Assembly (NCBI GenBank): GCA_963785535.1
Contig: CAWAVQ010000007.1
Location: 183,502-247,501 of the forward strand
Length of the DNA: 64,000 nucleotides
Origin: an uncultured Chloroflexia bacterium
GTDB taxonomy: Bacteria; Chloroflexota; Anaerolineae; Anaerolineales; Villigracilaceae
Direction of reading: 5' to 3'
This document shows, one piece after another, positions 62,887 to 64,000 of this stretch; positions within the stretch are counted from its first letter, which is position 1; every line of letters begins with the position of its first letter. Made by a program: the position numbers and the translations under genes. The notes beneath the pieces were generated by a model that made no database searches, had not been told where the DNA came from, and was given only the letters and a program-made list of their open reading frames with translations.

Positions 62887-62916
62887 AAAACGCCCCGATC
62901 ATCTCGGGGCGTTGGG
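62887..62916 (-). terminator. Rho-independent terminator
   Basis: 10-bp stem aacgccccga/tcggggcgtt (62891-62900/62906-62915). On the minus strand it is followed by ttttt. Confidence 0.8.
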
Positions 62917-62927
62917 TTGCTGTAGGC

Positions 62928-63131
62928 TTAGCCTTGTTGTTCTAGTTCCGGCTGCTGAACCGTTCCTATGCGCCAACGTCCCGTCATCGGAGTGATACGG
63001 GTACGATTATCGTCGGTATTATCGGTGCAATTCAGGTAGGAAACAGGTCCCATATTTCGCGCAAGCATACCACCGCGCAGGGGATGCGTCAAGCAAGCCG
63101 GGATAAAAATTCCATAAAGGTAATTAGCCAC
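62928..63131 (-). CDS. Small hypothetical protein
   Basis: 67-aa ORF bracketed by an upstream gene and a good terminator. No recognisable motif. Confidence 0.3.
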   Translation of the reverse strand: MANYLYGIFIPACLTHPLRGGMLARNMGPVSYLNCTDNTDDNRTRITPMTGRWRIGTVQQPELEQQG

Positions 63132-63200
63132 AGAGTCGCGGAGACACAGAGACTTTCTTTTTTCTTTCTTCTCTGTGATCTCTGCGTCTCCGTGGCAATT

Positions 63201-64000
63201 TTACAACGCCAATTCCGCTTCGATCTGCTCGCGGATGTGACTGAAAATCACGTTCAACGGCTGATGCTGTGGGCAAGACTGTTCGCACATGCCGCAGCCA
63301 GCGCAGGAGAGCAGCCAGTTGACCACATCTTCGCGCACCAGCCTGCCGCTTGCATCCTTACGAGGCTCGTCCACTGAGCAGATTGGACAGACGTTCATGC
63401 AGGCCTGACAATCTTCGCAGGCTTCAAACTGCTCCAGCAATGCTTGCAAGTCGGCGGGCAGGTCCTCGTTCAGACTTTTGAGCACACGCTCGCGAGTGCG
63501 GACGTGTCGCTCGGAGATCTTTGCCAGGGTCTGTTCACGCTTGCTGATCAAGCCATCCGTTGCCACACCATCCGTGACGGATTCCAGGATGAGGGCGCCG
63601 TCATGCGCATTGACCAGCATGGACTGCCGCACCGGCAGGCCGAACACGCCGATGTTGACATCGCCATCCATCGCGCCGGGCTCGGCACACATCTGGCAGG
63701 CCGGGCGGTAACGGTAGGCGGAAATCCCGCCCTGGGGCGCGAACTGCAGCGTGTCTTTGGTCAAGCCTTTTGATGAGCGTTCCGTGCGCCACTCGAACTC
63801 GTCCGCCGGGAAGGTGCCCAGACAGTCCGTGCAGATGGCCAGCACATCTCCGCGCTTGAGCGCACCGCGGGCGGCCATCTCGTTCAGGGCGCGCATCTCA
63901 CAGGGACGTAACATGGCTCCGATGCGTTTGCCAGGATTCTTCTTGGCCGTATCTACCACCAGCCGTGCGGCATTCAGCTTCATCAGCGGACGGAAGGGAT
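63201..64000 (-). CDS. FrhB/FdhB-like (coenzyme F420 hydrogenase/dehydrogenase beta-type) Fe-S protein; N-terminus may lie outside window
   Basis: C-terminal two ferredoxin motifs, CEDCQACMNVCP and CAGCGMCEQSCP. The upstream body has PCEMRAL...CTDC... as in the FrhB family. The frame stays open beyond the ATG at 63983 to the window edge. Confidence 0.65.
   Translation of the reverse strand, partial: PFRPLMKLNAARLVVDTAKKNPGKRIGAMLRPCEMRALNEMAARGALKRGDVLAICTDCLGTFPADEFEWRTERSSKGLTKDTLQFAPQGGISAYRYRPACQMCAEPGAMDGDVNIGVFGLPVRQSMLVNAHDGALILESVTDGVATDGLISKREQTLAKISERHVRTRERVLKSLNEDLPADLQALLEQFEACEDCQACMNVCPICSVDEPRKDASGRLVREDVVNWLLSCAGCGMCEQSCPQHQPLNVIFSHIREQIEAELAL

Noticed and set aside
63138-63192. 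Intergenic inverted repeat cggagacacagaga / tctctgcgtctccg between the FrhB-like gene and the 67-aa ORF as a regulatory RNA element
   Set aside because: It is a single imperfect hairpin with a 27-nt pyrimidine-rich loop, without conservation data or a recognisable riboswitch or attenuator signature. Noted only.
1-64000. Integron integrase (IntI) or any tyrosine recombinase
   Set aside because: I looked through all ORFs over 60 aa on both strands. None shows the R...HxxR...Y recombinase pattern, so none is reported. The array is described as integrase-less within this window only.

Overview
64-kb bacterial chromosomal segment. I saw no rRNA, tRNA or CRISPR. Taxon cannot be assigned from sequence alone; the gene content resembles a Chloroflexota/Anaerolineae-type multihaem respirer (inference). 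(1) 1-9.8 kb, minus strand: respiratory cytochrome genes. These are a Rieske/cyt b operon whose subunit IV is fused to seven c-type haem domains and is followed by a NapC/NirT-like octahaem protein, a split CbcL-like pair (nonahaem c plus dihaem-b-type subunit), and a hexahaem lipoprotein with a (Gly-Pro-Ala)8 stalk. (2) 10.1-12.3 kb: HisKA_3 kinase and NarL/LuxR regulator. (3) 12.6-21.6 kb: System I cytochrome c maturation cluster (ccmE with a CxxxY motif, ccmF, ccmH, thioredoxin, two extra genes, ccmABCD). It is followed by a split lytic-transglycosylase gene, an HdrD/DsrMK-like Fe-S oxidoreductase and a DsbA-like protein. (4) 26.4-42.3 kb: accessory island. About 13 short, unrelated, co-oriented ORFs are separated by GC-rich imperfect palindromes with RYYYAAC...GTTRRRY ends, i.e. 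an integron-type cassette array with no integrase in the window. Four IS elements interrupt it, three of them inserted exactly at GTT cores. A thrice-repeated hairpin + TATAAT + 20-bp palindrome module is also present. Several cassettes look defence-like (TOPRIM, trypsin-like protease, caspase/CHAT-like, HEPN-like). (5) 42.4-45.4 kb: heavily frameshifted SARP/BTAD-NB-ARC-TPR regulator pseudogene. (6) 45.5-56 kb: small-enzyme cluster (dihaem cyt c, ABM, SnoaL/NTF2, SRPBCC, SDR, DUF2652, GNAT), a class III nucleotide cyclase and a B12-radical SAM protein. (7) 56.1-64 kb, minus strand: a flotillin-like gene followed by a 1877-aa ORF fusing two aminotransferase-fold domains to a PEP-carboxylase-like domain with substituted catalytic motifs, then an FrhB-like Fe-S protein. 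Several genes carry frame breaks at homopolymers, so assembly error must be excluded before calling them pseudogenes.
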